64,000 nt of DNA from the human T2T-CHM13v2.0 reference genome, Homo sapiens, in NCBI RefSeq assembly GCF_009914755.1, contig NC_060931.1; one strand, written 5' to 3'. Position numbers and translations under genes: made by a program. Below, piece after piece: positions 28,130-47,157 of the stretch. Below the pieces are notes generated by a model. The model did not search any database. It saw only the letters and a program-made list of their open reading frames with translations, and was not told the origin of the DNA. Within the stretch, counting starts at the first letter, position 1, and each line of letters starts with the position of its first letter.

Positions 28130-28426
28130 TATTTATTTATTTTGAGATAGGGTCTTGCTCTGCCACCCAGGCTGGAGTGCAGTGGCGTGATCACGGCTCA
28201 CTGTAGCCTTGAACTCTCAGACTTTAGTGATCTTCCCACACCTCAGCTTCCCGAGTAGCTGAGATTATAGGCACGTGCCACTACGCCCAGCTAATTTTTA
28301 AATTTTTGGTAGAGATGAAGTCTCACTATGTTGCTCAGGCTGATCTTGAACTCCTAAGCTCAAGCAATCCTCCTGCCTCAGCCTCACAAAGTACTGGGAT
28401 TACAGGAGTGAGCCTCCGTGACAGCC
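28130..28426 (-). mobile_element. AluJ-like element
   Basis: Diverged dimeric Alu with a degenerate TSD (taaaac..c.atttattt). Confidence 0.9.
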
Positions 28427-30755
28427 TAAAACCACCAATTTATTTGCTTCACAAATATGGACTGACATTTAGCCTTTACGAAGTATAAAATATGTACATT
28501 AGATTCCTTTAAGGGTAAAAACAGTGGCTTTGTATTTGTTGCTAACTAGCTATGCAACTGTGTTGCTGATATCTTTAGTTGTCAAAATGAGAGAAATGAA
28601 GCAGTATTATTTGTTGCTTAAGACACCTTGAGTTTAGACAAAAAACCTGATCTCATTCTTTCATTTTTAAGTCCCTAAAAGCATGAAAACCAGGCAAAAA
28701 TGAATGTCAAAGACCACGTGTTCTTCATTAACATCCTAAACTCATATTTATTATTTTCAGAGATGCCAGGTAATAATGTTGTTCTATGACCACATATGCA
28801 TTTATTTGTGTATATTACATATATTCAAAATGTACTTTTGATATTCTTGTCTTATAGCAAGGGTTTCTAGAAATACGTAATTCTAACAATTAAAATGTGC
28901 TTTTCGGTCTACAGTTTTCTATCAAGCTTATAAATTAGAATGCAGTTGCCCATTTTGATTCCATGGTGAAAACTCATAGATTAAATAAGAATAGGACATG
29001 AAGACAAGATGCTATAATATGTATGCACTGCACTCACAACACAGAATATGACAAATCACCCACTAATAACTAATTTTAAAAAATATTTTGATATATTTAA
29101 TGTTGGAATAATATAATGTATTTTTAAAATTATTACCAGAGAGAAATAGAAAGTTACTTTTCTATATAAATATATCCTACCCCCAGTGGATGAGTTTTCC
29201 CAGATGGAGGAATAGAAAATATAGTAGATCCAATTATCTAACCAGGAACTTTCGGTGACTTGGAAATTTCAAGATCCAACAACAGGCTCCCCACTATTAG
29301 GATGCTGGGCAGCGCTGACTCCCACAAATGTATGCAGGGGCCAGGTAGCCAACATCAGTGTGTATATTTGGCATGCTATTAATCAGTGTGAAATGGCAGA
29401 TTTTTGAGGAACTAGAGATGATATGTTCTAACAAAAGGCATTCACGTTTTTTTAAAAAATCATGACACTGCCAGTGAAACAAAATACAACTGGCAGGCCT
29501 GGTTTGGACAGCAGGACACCCAGTTTATCATCTGTGATTAAGGGACTCTGGGGCTCACTGGCCTATATCTTCTCCTAAGCATTTTGCCTTGAGTTCCTTT
29601 TAAGTGGGGGTACTTGTATTTAACTGACACATCCAACCCACTACAGGGCAAAAAACAGGTGCATAATGCATACTTGTTGACTGAATAAAGGTAGCATCTA
29701 ACAGACTTAGGAAAATAGCAGATGTATCCTTGAAGAAAGAGCTCAGACCACATTTCCTTGTTGGAGGGAAGTCTCCTTCCCAGGGGGGCAATCTTCCCAG
29801 GAACCTGGAGAGGAAGTTAGGCCAATGTCAGACTCCTCTATGCAGGACTAATTCTAGAGAAAATGATAGCTAAGGATCAGTTCACCCACTGCCTAAGGTA
29901 GAAAGCTGGGATCCCAGGAAGGATTCATCAGCTCTCCAACCTAAAGCCAGGTGAGAGCAGTTCCAGGAGAACTACAGGGTATATCAGTTGGTTTTCTATG
30001 GTTCACCGTGCTTTGTAATGATCATTGTTCTTTGCACCCCCTGAACTGTGCAGCATGGAGGCACTCTGTACACCACACAGTTGTCGGAGTAGTCTTTCTA
30101 AAATGGAAGCCTTCTCAGTCATTTCTCTGCTCAAAGCCTTTCAGCACTCTTTTGCCCCAGGCCTTTGTGTTGCTTGGGATGCTTCCCCTCCTTCACCCAC
30201 ATATCTCCCCATGAACTGCCAACCCTCACTGCCCCCTCTTCTTCTTGTGCTCATGTCAAAAGGTTCAGAGTTTAGCCTAATTTGGATTCAAGGAAACATC
30301 TGTAATGAAACATATGTCCAAGCCACTTGAAATCTCTTCAGTTTACCTGCTTTTCAACAAACAAAATGTGTATTCCTTCTAACGTTCTTGTAAAAAGTTT
30401 ACTGCTCTTAAAATCTTACTTTGCAACAGAGTGCTTATTTTTAATTTTTAATGTATTACATTATGTTTAATAAAGGCAGATCAACAACATAGACATGTTT
30501 TAATAGGTAAGGAGACCATGTAACAAAAAATGACTTGAAATGTTTATTATGCTGGGTTTGAGGAGGCCTGACCCTAAAAAAGGAAGAGCTGAATATGTAG
30601 AGAATGACTTGGTTTATGGATCAGAATTACTTGAGAATGAAACGCACTTTAGGGAAATGAGTCATTATGAAGACATAAACTAGTTTTAATAATAAAAACA
30701 GACTCTTAAAGGAACTCTTAAACCTAGCCACACTGATGTATAAAAATATAATTTC

Positions 30756-31179
<424 letters not shown>

Positions 31180-31519
31180 TTATTACCAGAGGGTTTCACA
31201 TACATGAGGTTCCTACTTTGGCTTTCCTTGTTTGATATAATCAATTGAACTAGTTTGCACATTAGTGAAAATAAAAGAAAGCGTACTTAAAATATCCAAC
31301 CTTTCCTATAGCATGTAATCCTCTGAGAAACAGAAACTAGAACTTGCACTGTGAGTCATAATTAAAACATTATAAAACACTACCAATTTCAAAACATACT
31401 GACAAGCTTATAAGCTTTTCATTTTATGAAAAGCCAGAATAATTCTGTAACAATTTAAAAAATAATACTAACAAAAAAAACTTTTATTGACATTATTTAT
31501 TGCTAGGTGCTTTTTATGC

Positions 31520-31685
31520 ATTTTGTCCTAAAAATAAGCCCAGGAGATAGCCATTATTTTAATTCACATTTTATAGATAAGCAGACTGAGGCTTACAAAA
31601 ATTAACTTGCTTGCCTAAGGTCACTTTAACAGCAGCTGATACTCAACCCAGGCAAGTCTTACTCTAAAGCCTACATTTTTAAGCA
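31520..31685 (-). mobile_element. MIR fragment
   Basis: 'cattttatagataagcagactgaggctt...ttgcctaaggtcac'. Confidence 0.7.
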
Positions 31686-33076
31686 TGGAAAGATAATTAT
31701 GACTAGAGTATTTTGGAACACTAGAAAAGGCTTCAAAAATAATTACTGTTTACAACACTTTTTAAATCAGAACAAAGAAATTAGGTTTAAAAGAAAGACA
31801 AAAATATGACAATGTTCTCAAAAGTTAGTTTTCTATATGCTGTATTTGTACTTCCATTATTACTGACCATATACTAACATGATCTAATCAGACTTAAACA
31901 GTTTTTCAAGATTCTGCACAGAATATATTATTTAAGTATAAATCCAACAATAAAAATGGTTTCCAGATATGCTTTCACAAACCACTGGTTACCTAAGAAT
32001 AATAAAAAATAACCAAAAACCAGCATTAATATAGATCTAACTGTAAGAAGACTGCTAAGGAATTCTGTACTCAGCTCTAACCCGCTCAACACAGCTGTCA
32101 CTATCTTGGGTGCCAATGATACAAAAAGCCACAGCGGATGGCAAAATGTTGAGTCCACTCTGACAAGATGGACTTTTTCAGGAAGAAATGTGAGTCAGTT
32201 CTTGAGTACAAACACAGAAGCAAGCATGAAAAACACTTAGGGGTGTCAATTAACAAGATATTGAACCACCAAGCCATGAAATGGACACTGCCCCTCCTCC
32301 AAATCAGCAACTCAACCCCAGACTTCATTATTCAGTAGAGAACAGGTGTCAGAACTGGACTTCTGGACTCACTTTTGGCTGAAGTATTCAAAGAACAACC
32401 AATAGCAAAAGGATCTGAAAACAAGACTGAAGAGGAAGAGCAGAAAGAACTAGGGATGCTTGAAAGAGGAAAAGCCTTCCAGATGGTACTCTTTCAATAT
32501 CTGAAAGCATTTTATGTTTGAAGAGGTGTTTGATGATTTATTTACATGATTCCCAAGGAATAAAATTATGGCTAATATAATAAAGAATTTTTAAGGGTCA
32601 AAGCTTTTCCACAGATACAACGAGCTGCATTTGATTGGAACAAAATCTCTGTCTCCAGCTGTGTTTCAAACACAGGCTGAAAAAACACGTGATAGAAATG
32701 TAACTCAGGAGTCTCAAAAGTCAGGAAGGTCCTTGGCTTCTAAACTGTTATATCCCTCTCAAACCCTGAAATTCTATGACTCAAAATCAAAAAGGATAGA
32801 AAATACATAGAGATTTTTCCAAACAGTCAACATAAAAATTTATCTATCCAGCTGTAACTCTCTGTCTTAGTGTAAAGGAGTTCAAGTAGACCAACATTAA
32901 ATAACACTAAAATTAAAAGCTCTTTTAAGAAGGAAGGGGGAAAATCCTATTTGTAAATAAAAGGGAATGGGAAGCCAGAGATAAGCCATGGTCCTCAGAA
33001 CTCATTCTCGCTCTAAGAGGGGTTGAATAGCAGAGGAGTGAGTTTACACATTCACATACTCTTTCTCTTTTCTCCT

Positions 33077-33136
<60 letters not shown>
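33077..33136. repeat. Compound (TC)12(AC)18 microsatellite
   Basis: Read directly from the sequence. Confidence 0.97.
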
Positions 33137-33140
<4 letters not shown>

Positions 33141-34094
33141 TGGCTGGGTGACTGCAGAGTGGAATAGCAATATAAAAGTTACACAGTCATCTGGAGAAGG
33201 ATAATTACTTCCCAATGCCCTTCAATGATCAGAAAGCCTTAGAAATTCACTGGCCAGGAATGAAAAATAACTTCTAGAATTATGACTTAAATGAGAAAAG
33301 AACGGAAGGGTTCATTTCAGTGTCTGCATCTCAGACACTGCATCTGTGTGTGAAGATATACTTGAGCCACAGAAGTGAAGGAGAATGTCATGGCGTCAAA
33401 TGATTTTCTGTGCAATGCTGAGAATGTCAGAGAAGAGGTAAGCTTTTCCTCTTCCCTCTCACCTCCCACCTTCATCCCCCAACCTATCTGCCACCTACAA
33501 TGTCCTACCTGCTCATAGACATCATAATCTGGAGGTGTGGAAATTGTCATGCCAGGAATATACATAATGCATATTGTGAATCATACCAAGACTTTGATTT
33601 ATTTTGTTCCCAAAGCTAAAATCTGGAAGGCATACTTCAATAAACCACCAATTTTCTCTCAAAGTGTAGACCATATTAGCAGAATTCATGAAAGGCTTGG
33701 TTGCACAGAAGTCAGAGCCAGAAGTAATCTCTCTCCTTTCCGAAATCTCCTACCATTTTCTTTTGACCTTGTATGCCACTTACCACCTTGCACACATTCA
33801 TTAGTGCTCATGCTCTGATGTGGGAGCCCATGCTCATTTGTAGAAAATAACATCACCTTTATTCCCTAACTAGGTCAAGAATGGTATACAAGTGCTGCAC
33901 TGTTCCACTCTCTTGCCCAGGATAGATACTATTAAATTATCAGTGCACATAAAGCTGAATCCAGAACAACGTCCAACTGTCTTATTAAGACTCCAGACAG
34001 CCACCACCTGTCAATAACTGGAGCACAGATTAACCAACCCACTATTTCTGCCCTGGGCACTGAAATATTACCATTAGTTAGATCTTTACTTCCA

Positions 34095-36790
<2,696 letters not shown>

Positions 36791-37424
36791 TATTATCTCT
36801 TTAACACTGGCCCTGTTATTGAATCTTCTATTGTTTCCTTTGTCTTTCTATTTATAATTCACCAATGTAAATGTTTTAATTTATATTAGTAAATGCTACC
36901 AACCAGTAGGACAAGACTCTCTCACAATGTTCATTTCTTAAAATTTGCTATGCAACCAGCTTATTCTTCTAGATGCAATTTAGATTTCATCTGCTTCGAA
37001 AAATAAGCAATTATGATTTTGATTGGAATTATATGTAAATTAGAGATACATTTAAAAGACTTTTTCATAAAATTAAGTCTTGTGGTTGAAAAAAATTGTT
37101 TAATATATTAAAATTTGCTTTAATAGCTTAGAAAGGTTTATGTTTTCAAATAAATTTGCATAAATTTGAAAATAAAAGAAATATTTTTATATATTTGGTA
37201 ATATCCTCACTTGCCTAATTTTCTTTGTATTTATTTTATCTTGAATAAAATTGCTAAAGCAGGTCTCAATCCTAACCACGCATAAGAATCACCTGCATAA
37301 CTCCACAAACATTCAGAGTCAGGTCAACACTCAATGGCAAGTCCACTTGATTCTCTTAAGTCCTTTGATGCCCCAGCCAAGGATAAGAACTAGTAACTGA
37401 TTTCTTGCTCTTCTTGGACACTTT

Positions 37425-37626
37425 TCGTTTGTTTTTGGAGACAGGGTCTTGCTCTGTCACCCAGGCTGGAGTGCAATCATGTCTCACTGCAGCCTTGACC
37501 TCCTGGGTTCAAGTGATCCTCCCTGCTCAGTCTCCAGAGTAGCTGGGACCACAGGCACACAGCACCACTACTGGCTAATTTTTGTATTTTTTGTAGAGAA
37601 AGGGTTTCACCATGTTGTCCAGGCTC
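37425..37626 (-). mobile_element. Truncated AluJ-like element
   Basis: Right arm plus part of the left arm only. Confidence 0.85.
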
Positions 37627-40519
37627 ACCTAATTTCTTTATGCTTATTTCCAACTAAGGAATCTTTCAGGTCTTTTTTTTTTTTTCAAGCAGCTATTAGG
37701 TGGAAATATTTTATATTCTTTCCACTTTGAGGATGATTTCTACTTTCTTCTTATGTAAACACTGCCTTGGTCTGGTAAAAACATGCTTAGGCGGTAACCC
37801 TCACAACAGTAGATATTAATTTCAACATCTCCTGAATTCAAGAGTATGCAAGAGCAAGCCTGAGGTCAGGTAGATTTTTCTCCTTTTCAGTAAACTTTCT
37901 GGTTTTTTTTTTTTACCTTATTAAGCCAATTCTTTTTCTTACCTTAAAATACATAATATTTTAAGATTATTCTTGGCATCAGCTGGTATATTCTGGGCAT
38001 ATAGCCCTTTTAATCTAAAAATTATGTGAAATCTTGGTGGTAGAATTCATTCCACTTGTTCTGGTCTCTTTGAGGAACATCAATTTTTCTCCTGGTGGAT
38101 CTCCATTCTGTATCTTGCACATACACGAATCTTCATTTCTACTTTATCACTTTAATCCTTTCCACTGGGTTCCGGGAGATCTTCTTAAGTTTGTTACTGA
38201 TTCAATTTTTTAACAGTGTTGATTTTTTCTGCTATTTCCAATACATGCTTTAATTCTGCTGATATACTTTAAGTTCTCATAACAATCACACTATGTAGGT
38301 ACTGTGATGCTCATTTTAAAAATAAGAAAACTGTAGCACCAAGAAAGGGCAAGGGACTTGCCCACAGCTGCATGGCTAGAAATTTGGAGCCTGGACTCAC
38401 TCCCAGCAATCTGCCTCCAAGATCTATGTCCCATTCAATGCTTTCTCTTCCCTAGCTTCACAGCTAGTCCACCCTTCACAATCTGGCTTCCTTCACTTCA
38501 ACGCCTAGGTTTCTTCAAATTGTAAGACACAAGACAGATGGTATCTAAAAATGACACTCTAAAATTTGTTTCTTGTAATAATTTTGTCAAATGTAAGTTG
38601 TTCCTTTGCATTTTAAATGTTACGTTATCTTCCTTGTTCTATCCTGCAAGATCTCTCATGGGCCTTATGTTTTCTTTTTTCTTGTTTACTCCATCCTTGG
38701 ACCAGTAGGAGTTAACTCAGATCTGGTGTTTATCCATAAGCAGGGCATGCAGGTAGAATCTTTCTGAATATATTTACTGCCCAGCTGGTTGCCATTAAAA
38801 TGCTTAATACCAGGAGTCGGTGGGTAGACTGGTACAAATGTACATTTCATTGCTCCTTTCATTTGAGTGAGAGAGAGTAAAGGCCAATGGCAGGCCCTTC
38901 AAGACAAATGGGCTCCTAGACAGGTTTTATCCCCCATCTGTGTTAAGGATATGCAGTCTCTTTGGCTGTGTCTCCTTACTAGGTACAAGGAAAAGTCTCT
39001 CATCGTCTGTCCTTGCAGAGTATAAGGGAATGACCAGCTCTCTGGTTGTTGCTTCTGTCTGAGTCATGCACTGTTGCAATGCTGCTTTCTGGTACGTCTC
39101 CTTCACAGTCACAGAAGGGATTTCAATCAGCAACTCCTACCTATCCCACTTTCTGCCTTGGCCTCTCCAAATACAAGAGGGTAGGCATTGGCTAGCTCTT
39201 TTCCAGAGCATCACAGGGTTTCAGGAAGAGTCAGTTCTCATTTATCCTTCAGCCTGGTTATATAGACATTAAATCTAGCAGGCATTCCTTTATTTTTCAG
39301 GATACAGCTAGTGCAACAGTAGAGGGATGGGCTCAGAGGTCAAACTGGATTTGGATATAGAATCTGTCGCTTCAAAGTTATGCAAACTTGGGTTGGTTAT
39401 TTGACTGACTACCCTTGAGCCTTCATCAGTTACATGAAGGCAGTAATGTACCTAAACCAGAATTTTGTTGTTGCTTTGAAGAAGAAAAAGAAATAATGCA
39501 TGTAAGGCACTTGGCTGGGTACCTAAACAAATGGAAGCATGCAACAAATCAGTTATCATTATGATAATGATGATGCTCTTTCTAGTTTGTAGCGGCGGTG
39601 TAAGGTTTTCCCTATTCTTATATCCTTAGGATGTCTCATTAGAGAAATGGGAAATGGGAAGCCACGTGCCAGTGCCAAAGCTTCCATGTTATTTAGAACT
39701 CCCAGCTGCAGTTTATCAGGTATCTAGCATGCTGGGTGACTGTTTTCATGTGTGTGTCCACACAGTCACAACTGTTCTTTCTCTTCAATTGCATCACATT
39801 CCAGAAGGGAAAACCTCAGCACTCCCAACCACCCATTATTCTAGAGCCCCTCATCACCTTTGAGGGCCAAGAACTATGGGGGCATTCATGAAACATAGCC
39901 AATTATGTCAACTGTAATCCACGTGCCCAAGGATGAAAATGAACTCACCATTATCAACACTTACAGAAACATGCATGAACATAACACTCCATGCAGAGAG
40001 AAAATATAAATAATAAATCTTTTCAAGAGATAGTTTGTAAAGGATTACAGAGCAAAAAAGACTTAAAAAATGAAACAGAATCCTGTTTCAATGCCATTCT
40101 TTAATACATGAAATCAGTTCTAACGTAAGTCAAATGATGTGTTCTAAAGCATCACATTTAGGAAAAAAAGATATACCATTAACTTTATAAGTCTTTCCCT
40201 TATTAATAAATGTTTTTCAGCTTTCAGGGTAAATTTAGATATGAATGTATAAATATTGTTTGTAGCCCTAAAATAACAAATGTACAAAAGCCATTCACTT
40301 ACTGAAGTTCTAAATCATATCCTTTGTTTTCTCAAGCTTCTAAATCCTGAATTGATACCATTTTCTAAGCAATCCTATCATAAAACTTATCAACACTTGT
40401 GACATTAATCCCATAAAACTTATCAAAGTTTGTGACATTATAATAAACTAGCTAATTATAGTAATAGCTCCTATAAAGAGATGACTTAGAACATCTATAA
40501 GAAAATATTCTTTCAATAA

Positions 40520-40885
<366 letters not shown>

Positions 40886-43800
40886 TAAAGCAAGTGTTTA
40901 CAAAATAAGGCTTCTGAAGAAGGGTTTGATATTGTCCAAAGAAGCAATCATCATGTTGTGGGAGATGAATATCACTGTAGCAAGCATACTGGGAGTGGGG
41001 GCTGGTGCAGGATTTAGCAGGTACTGCTTTCATGTTTGCTAGACCAAATTCCTGTTTTGGAAATTTTCAAACAGGAGTTTCCCCCACTTGTATGTTGTTC
41101 TCATCATTATGACTGCACAGAAGCATTTTCTTATTTGGCTTTGATCATGTGTGTTTGTGTTTAATCGTCTAGGACATTTCAACTCATAACAGAAAAAAAA
41201 TTCCCAATATTAAGCTTCTTACAAAAAATAGACACATGAGCACGTATACAAACAAACAAGCAAGCAAGTGAAAACCTTTAAGAGAATGCAGGAAGTTTCC
41301 CTGAGGTGTTTCAATATTTCGGGGAGAATGTAGTTTGCAGTATGATAATTCCAGAAATGCTTACTTATATGTGACTTGAGAAAAGAAATGGGGAAACAGT
41401 AGTGGCTGTGGAAACAAGAGTTAACAGAAGCATTCCCACACACAAAATTTAAAAAGTGAAAAACACAGAAATAAAGGTAGTTTCTTGTCTACTAGGGATA
41501 ATACAACAGATAATTTCTGTAGGCAGAAGTTGTGATTAAAAATTTTAAATACAGTCCCTTTTATAGCTCCAAGAAACACAAGTTGACTTGGCTAAAAATT
41601 AAATTCCCCAGGACATTAAGAGCGAATGGTGGGGGCAGTTGTTCTCCTGTACTCCCACTATGCCCAGCCCCAAACTCCCTAAAGAACCAGCCTTGGCCAC
41701 TGAGGAGTAACTTGCCAACTGCATGAACCACTGAGCATCTGGAAAAAATAAACAGAAAGATCTTAACATTCTCACCATCTACCAGCTGAAGATGACTCAC
41801 TCCATATCAAAAGCAATCAAGGGAAAAGGAATGTCAACAGTTTGAAAGCAGTCTTTATTCAAACCCTGCCAGTAATTTTACCACCATTAAATAAATGTTC
41901 CCCAGTCCTTGAGAGAAGGTATACCTCCTGCTACTCCCAGAGCAAACCAGAAAACCTTGGAGGCTGACAGAAAAGGATCATGGGGCAGACCAGAAAGCAA
42001 AGAGTCCTTTCAGGGTAACTTCATCTTATTCCCAGAATAAAGAACATGTGTGCCCCCCAGATGGGTGGCATATGTGCAAACTGTGGGTAGGGCACTCCTG
42101 GCTACCGTTAAGTCAGAGGTACAGGGACCTAGGCAAAAGGTGAAGGGAAGAGCTGGTCTTGCTTAAAGGGTAGGCACATCGCAGCAGGACAAGTATCATT
42201 TGCAGTAACAGGGTAAGAATCTATTTCAGATCATGCTATTTTGTCTTCCTTCATTGTAGGTAATGTATGAACTGCTGTAAAAAATGCTTTACAAACCATC
42301 AAGTGTAGTGCATAGGTTAATTGGTATCAGCAATGTAAAACTGAACAGGCCATTTGTCACAAGCCTGTTTGTGTTTGTTCACATTGATAAAAGCTCAACT
42401 ATTTATATTTCTGCTATTTATATTACATCATTTATTCAATGAAAATTCATCAAGAACTGTCTATGTGTATACAATTTTTCTCCAGCAATCAGCTTCCCTT
42501 GTCTTCCTTATTATGTTGGGCATTTGGGGGCAGAATGGGAAGTGGGTGGTGTCTATTAAATAGTCTGTAACACAGAATAAATGCTAGAAGAATGTAAACA
42601 TGTGTTACACATTATAAAACAGTGAAATGTAGTGTCTGCTCCAAAGGAGTTTAGCCCAAGACAGATGCTAATCATTTCCTGACTCTCCAACATGATTTAT
42701 GACTGGCTGTGGTCAATTTCTGAAAAGACTAAAACTGAATTATATATTTAAAATCTATTCTTGTAGGAATCTGTTTTCTCTTCTCCAAGCTACGCCACCC
42801 ACTTTCTCACTGAAAGTGGAGCACAAGCCTGCAGGCCTCAGTGGCCTCAGAGCATATGACACCACTCTTCTGTGTAGGTGGCACATAACAGCGCTTGTTG
42901 GAATTTGCTGCAGGAAGGAGGTCAGGACCTGACCATTCCCACTCCCTCTATTCTGGAGCAGCTACTGAAGGCATCTGTCTCTGTCCTTTAATGTCCTTAG
43001 TCTCTCATTAATATTCATAGAGAACAAAGGATGGCAAAAATAATAAAGTTAGGATGAGACTAAGGTCCTCAGCTTCTGCCCAAAATATGTCTGTTCTTAA
43101 AACCCATCAGTTACATGGAAGTGTTGGTTTAGGCAAGGCTAAAGCCTGTGGTCAGTCTCTCAGCCAGGGCAGACAGAACTACCAGTTCAGACTAAAGGTA
43201 CTCATTTCCTTTTCACCTGCACACCTTTTCTTTGTATTGGGAAGATGATGCTGTGGACCTTCTCAGGACACAGGGATCCACATATGCTCTAGGAATGAGG
43301 GATCCACATATGCTCACGCCCTATTCCTGTTTCTCACTATCTCCCCATGTGGCCAGCCAGTGGAAAAGGACCCAGGTATAATTTAACTGCCTCTGTGCTA
43401 CAGTAAATGCCCCAAATAGGAATTACATCCATAGCTCTGGTCACAATAGCTCCATGCTCAAACTGATTGACCAACTGCACATCAGAATTCATACAAGAGG
43501 AGATGTCAGAGTATATATGAGGCATCCTGATAGTTTGAGCTGTCTCAGTACAGCCACACAATTTAGAAGAGCCCTCTAAAATAATATCATGCTTGCCTGT
43601 GAATGCACAGACTGTTTTGCCTGTGTAGTCTATTTTTAAATATTGGTACCAAGCACATGGATTCTTGCAGCTGTGTTTGAGAAAGATAACATGTACTTGA
43701 GAATTAAGCCTGGCATCCATAGAAACAATTCCTACTCCATTCCATAGAAACAGGAGTATCAACAGAAGAGTCCACCAAAATGATTTTTAAAAATCAATTT

Positions 43801-45639
43801 AGGCAAGTAAATATCTTGATAGCCCATTTCCAAAATTACTACTTTGGAAGCTAATTTAGTATTGGCAACAGTCTTAATTTTATTTCCATTTTTCAATGTT
43901 AAAATGACTCTAAAAATAGATTTTTAAAATACATGCACAAGTACATGTACAGCGTGTACAACAGGCAATCAAGTTATTTTTAATTGAATGTACTTCTAAA
44001 GCTGACCTAAGTTACAATGTTTCACTATAATTCTGTTGAGCTACAAAGTCATACTACACGGCCGACAGCAAGGGCTCCATGGAGACCTCCTAAGGTCAAA
44101 AAATTCATTAGCACCATGATATATTAAGAATCTACCCCAAGATCAATTAACCTGCTAGCTTGTGAATGAGTGAACAGCCAGAGACATACCGAACATCAAT
44201 GCGTCTGGCATTCCTAATCTTTCCTCCTTGCTCTTAGAGTGTCATGAACACTCAAACTGATTTGGAAATGAAAGTAAAGAATTAGAAAGCCAAATACATA
44301 GCCATTGGGAGAAATATCCTTAGAGCTGATATATTATTTGGAGGGAGAAGAGACCCAAGAAGACATTAGAGTCATTAAACAGCTGACGGTTTTGCAACCC
44401 TGTTTGACTGCTCTTTCTTTATTAGGAACGCCTCCCTCTCTAGAATGAACGCCACCCTTCCCTGGCTACTTGGCACTTCTGGAAGCTGCCTGCTCTGCAC
44501 AGAAAATAAACACTTCTCTGGCTGAATTAATTGAGGAAGTAATGATTGTTTTTGTTTCACAAGGTCATAACAAGGATTTATATTTGAACTCCACTTTGGA
44601 GATGAATAGCCTAGACTACCAAATAGTCAAAGAATCCTCTTGGCTAGAAAAAAGATAATGTTTTCACATGTAAGTTTTTTTTTTAATTTTTTTGTTTCTT
44701 AAAGTAAATGAACTTCAGGGTTAAAGTGTAATTCTAACTGTGTATGAAATATTTATTGGCTATTAAACCTACATTTTAAACTTTTCAAGCACTTAAGAGA
44801 TAAAACATAAACATGGCTATCTAAAGACCTAAGTCCCCTCATTCACCAACAACTCTGTCGTTATCCAGGAGTCCCTGAATCATGTGGATAAGCAAAAGAA
44901 TCAGAGCTCACTATTTCTTAATATCCTTGGCTCCAACAGCCTTCATTAGAACTCCCTGACACCTTCATGTCTGTGGGCTTCATCATGACTACACAAAGAT
45001 CTCAGCATTTCCCCCAACTTATCTCCCACTCTCCAAGCACTTTTTCTCTCCATCCAGTGTAGAGCTCTTAACATTTCTCCAGATGATTCTGGAGAATCAT
45101 CTTTTGCTCCAGAGGAAAGCAAGACTGAAAGTCATGAGGAGGATAAGGAGTGTAGTGAAGTTTAGAATGTCCACCTTGAGCCACAGACACAGGAGAGGGT
45201 AGGCTTCTTCTTGCCAATATGATTCAAGCCATTATTTCTCAATACTGTGAGCTTGGGTCCATCCAGAATCTGCCATCTGTGCTCTTTCTAAAGTACACAA
45301 CAGCACATTTGAAAGACTGTATACATTTGAGGTCTCCAAACTCACCTGGGTCCCAGGAGCCAAGACTTGACAGTTTCAATGGATCATGTTGGCTAGGAGC
45401 CTATTCTCTCCTGGGTCTGTGGCTCGAGGTGGACATTCCAAACCTTCACTGCACTCCTAACCCACCCTTATCCTCCTCGTGACATTCAATCTTGCTTTCT
45501 TCTTCATGCTAGAGATCAGTTTCTTTTTCAAGTATGTTCAACGTTCTGCTCTCAACCTTATTCTCTTTCTTAAAGGAAACCGTTTCTTTGCCCCTCTCTA
45601 AGGTTATTAATTCTATCTGTGCTGCCTTCTCCACTTCCT

Positions 45640-46240
45640 TTTCTAAGCTTCTAGAAACAGTATTCTATGACCAAAATGACATATTCCAAACCCTTAAATT
45701 CAACTACCTGTTAAATAACTTGGCTTGGACATTTCAACAAGCCCCCTGAAACTCAACAAGAATTAAACTGAACTCTTCATCTTTCCCACCCCACACCTTT
45801 TACCTCCCACATTCCATGCCCTGGCTGTGACACTGCCATCCTACAACTCACCTGAAACCTGAGTGTCCACAGAGACATCACTTCCCCCCTGCCCACAGCT
45901 AGTCAGTCAAGGACTATAATGGCTACATCCTATTATAAATCCCGCTCATCTTTAACCCCTCCTCTCCATCCCAGCCGCCACCATGCAACTCTATCCCTCA
46001 GCATCTTTCACACTGACACTTTCAGCTGTCTCCTGCTCAGTCCCTACATCTTCAGACATAACACTCCTTCAGTCAACCTTCCTCTCTGCTGATAAGAGGG
46101 ACTGCCCTAAAACGTAGGTCTAAGGTATTACCGTATTTCTCCAAATCTGTCAAGAGTTCTCCAATACCTAATAATACTACAGCCCAAACCCTCACCAAGC
46201 AAGTTCTTCCATGATCTGACTCTTTATTCTCTCTCTACTC
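45640..46240 (+). mobile_element. L2 fragment (resumes at ~47220-47515)
   Basis: 'tgaaactcaacaagaattaaactgaactcttcatctttccc'; L2 tail 'cctagtacacaacaagcactcaatgaat'. Confidence 0.7.
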
Positions 46241-46285
46241 TCATTTTTTTTTTACATACTACCACTCATCTCCTCCTTTCTCCCT

Positions 46286-47157
<872 letters not shown>

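Noticed and set aside
41700-41805. Minus-strand donor-like gtgagt (41800) and good acceptor ttttttccag (41739)
   Set aside because: Only ~62 nt apart, and no convincing partner sites define an exon.
42049-42070. CTCF-like tgccccccagatgggtggca
   Set aside because: Mismatch in the core; cannot be supported without motif scoring or ChIP.
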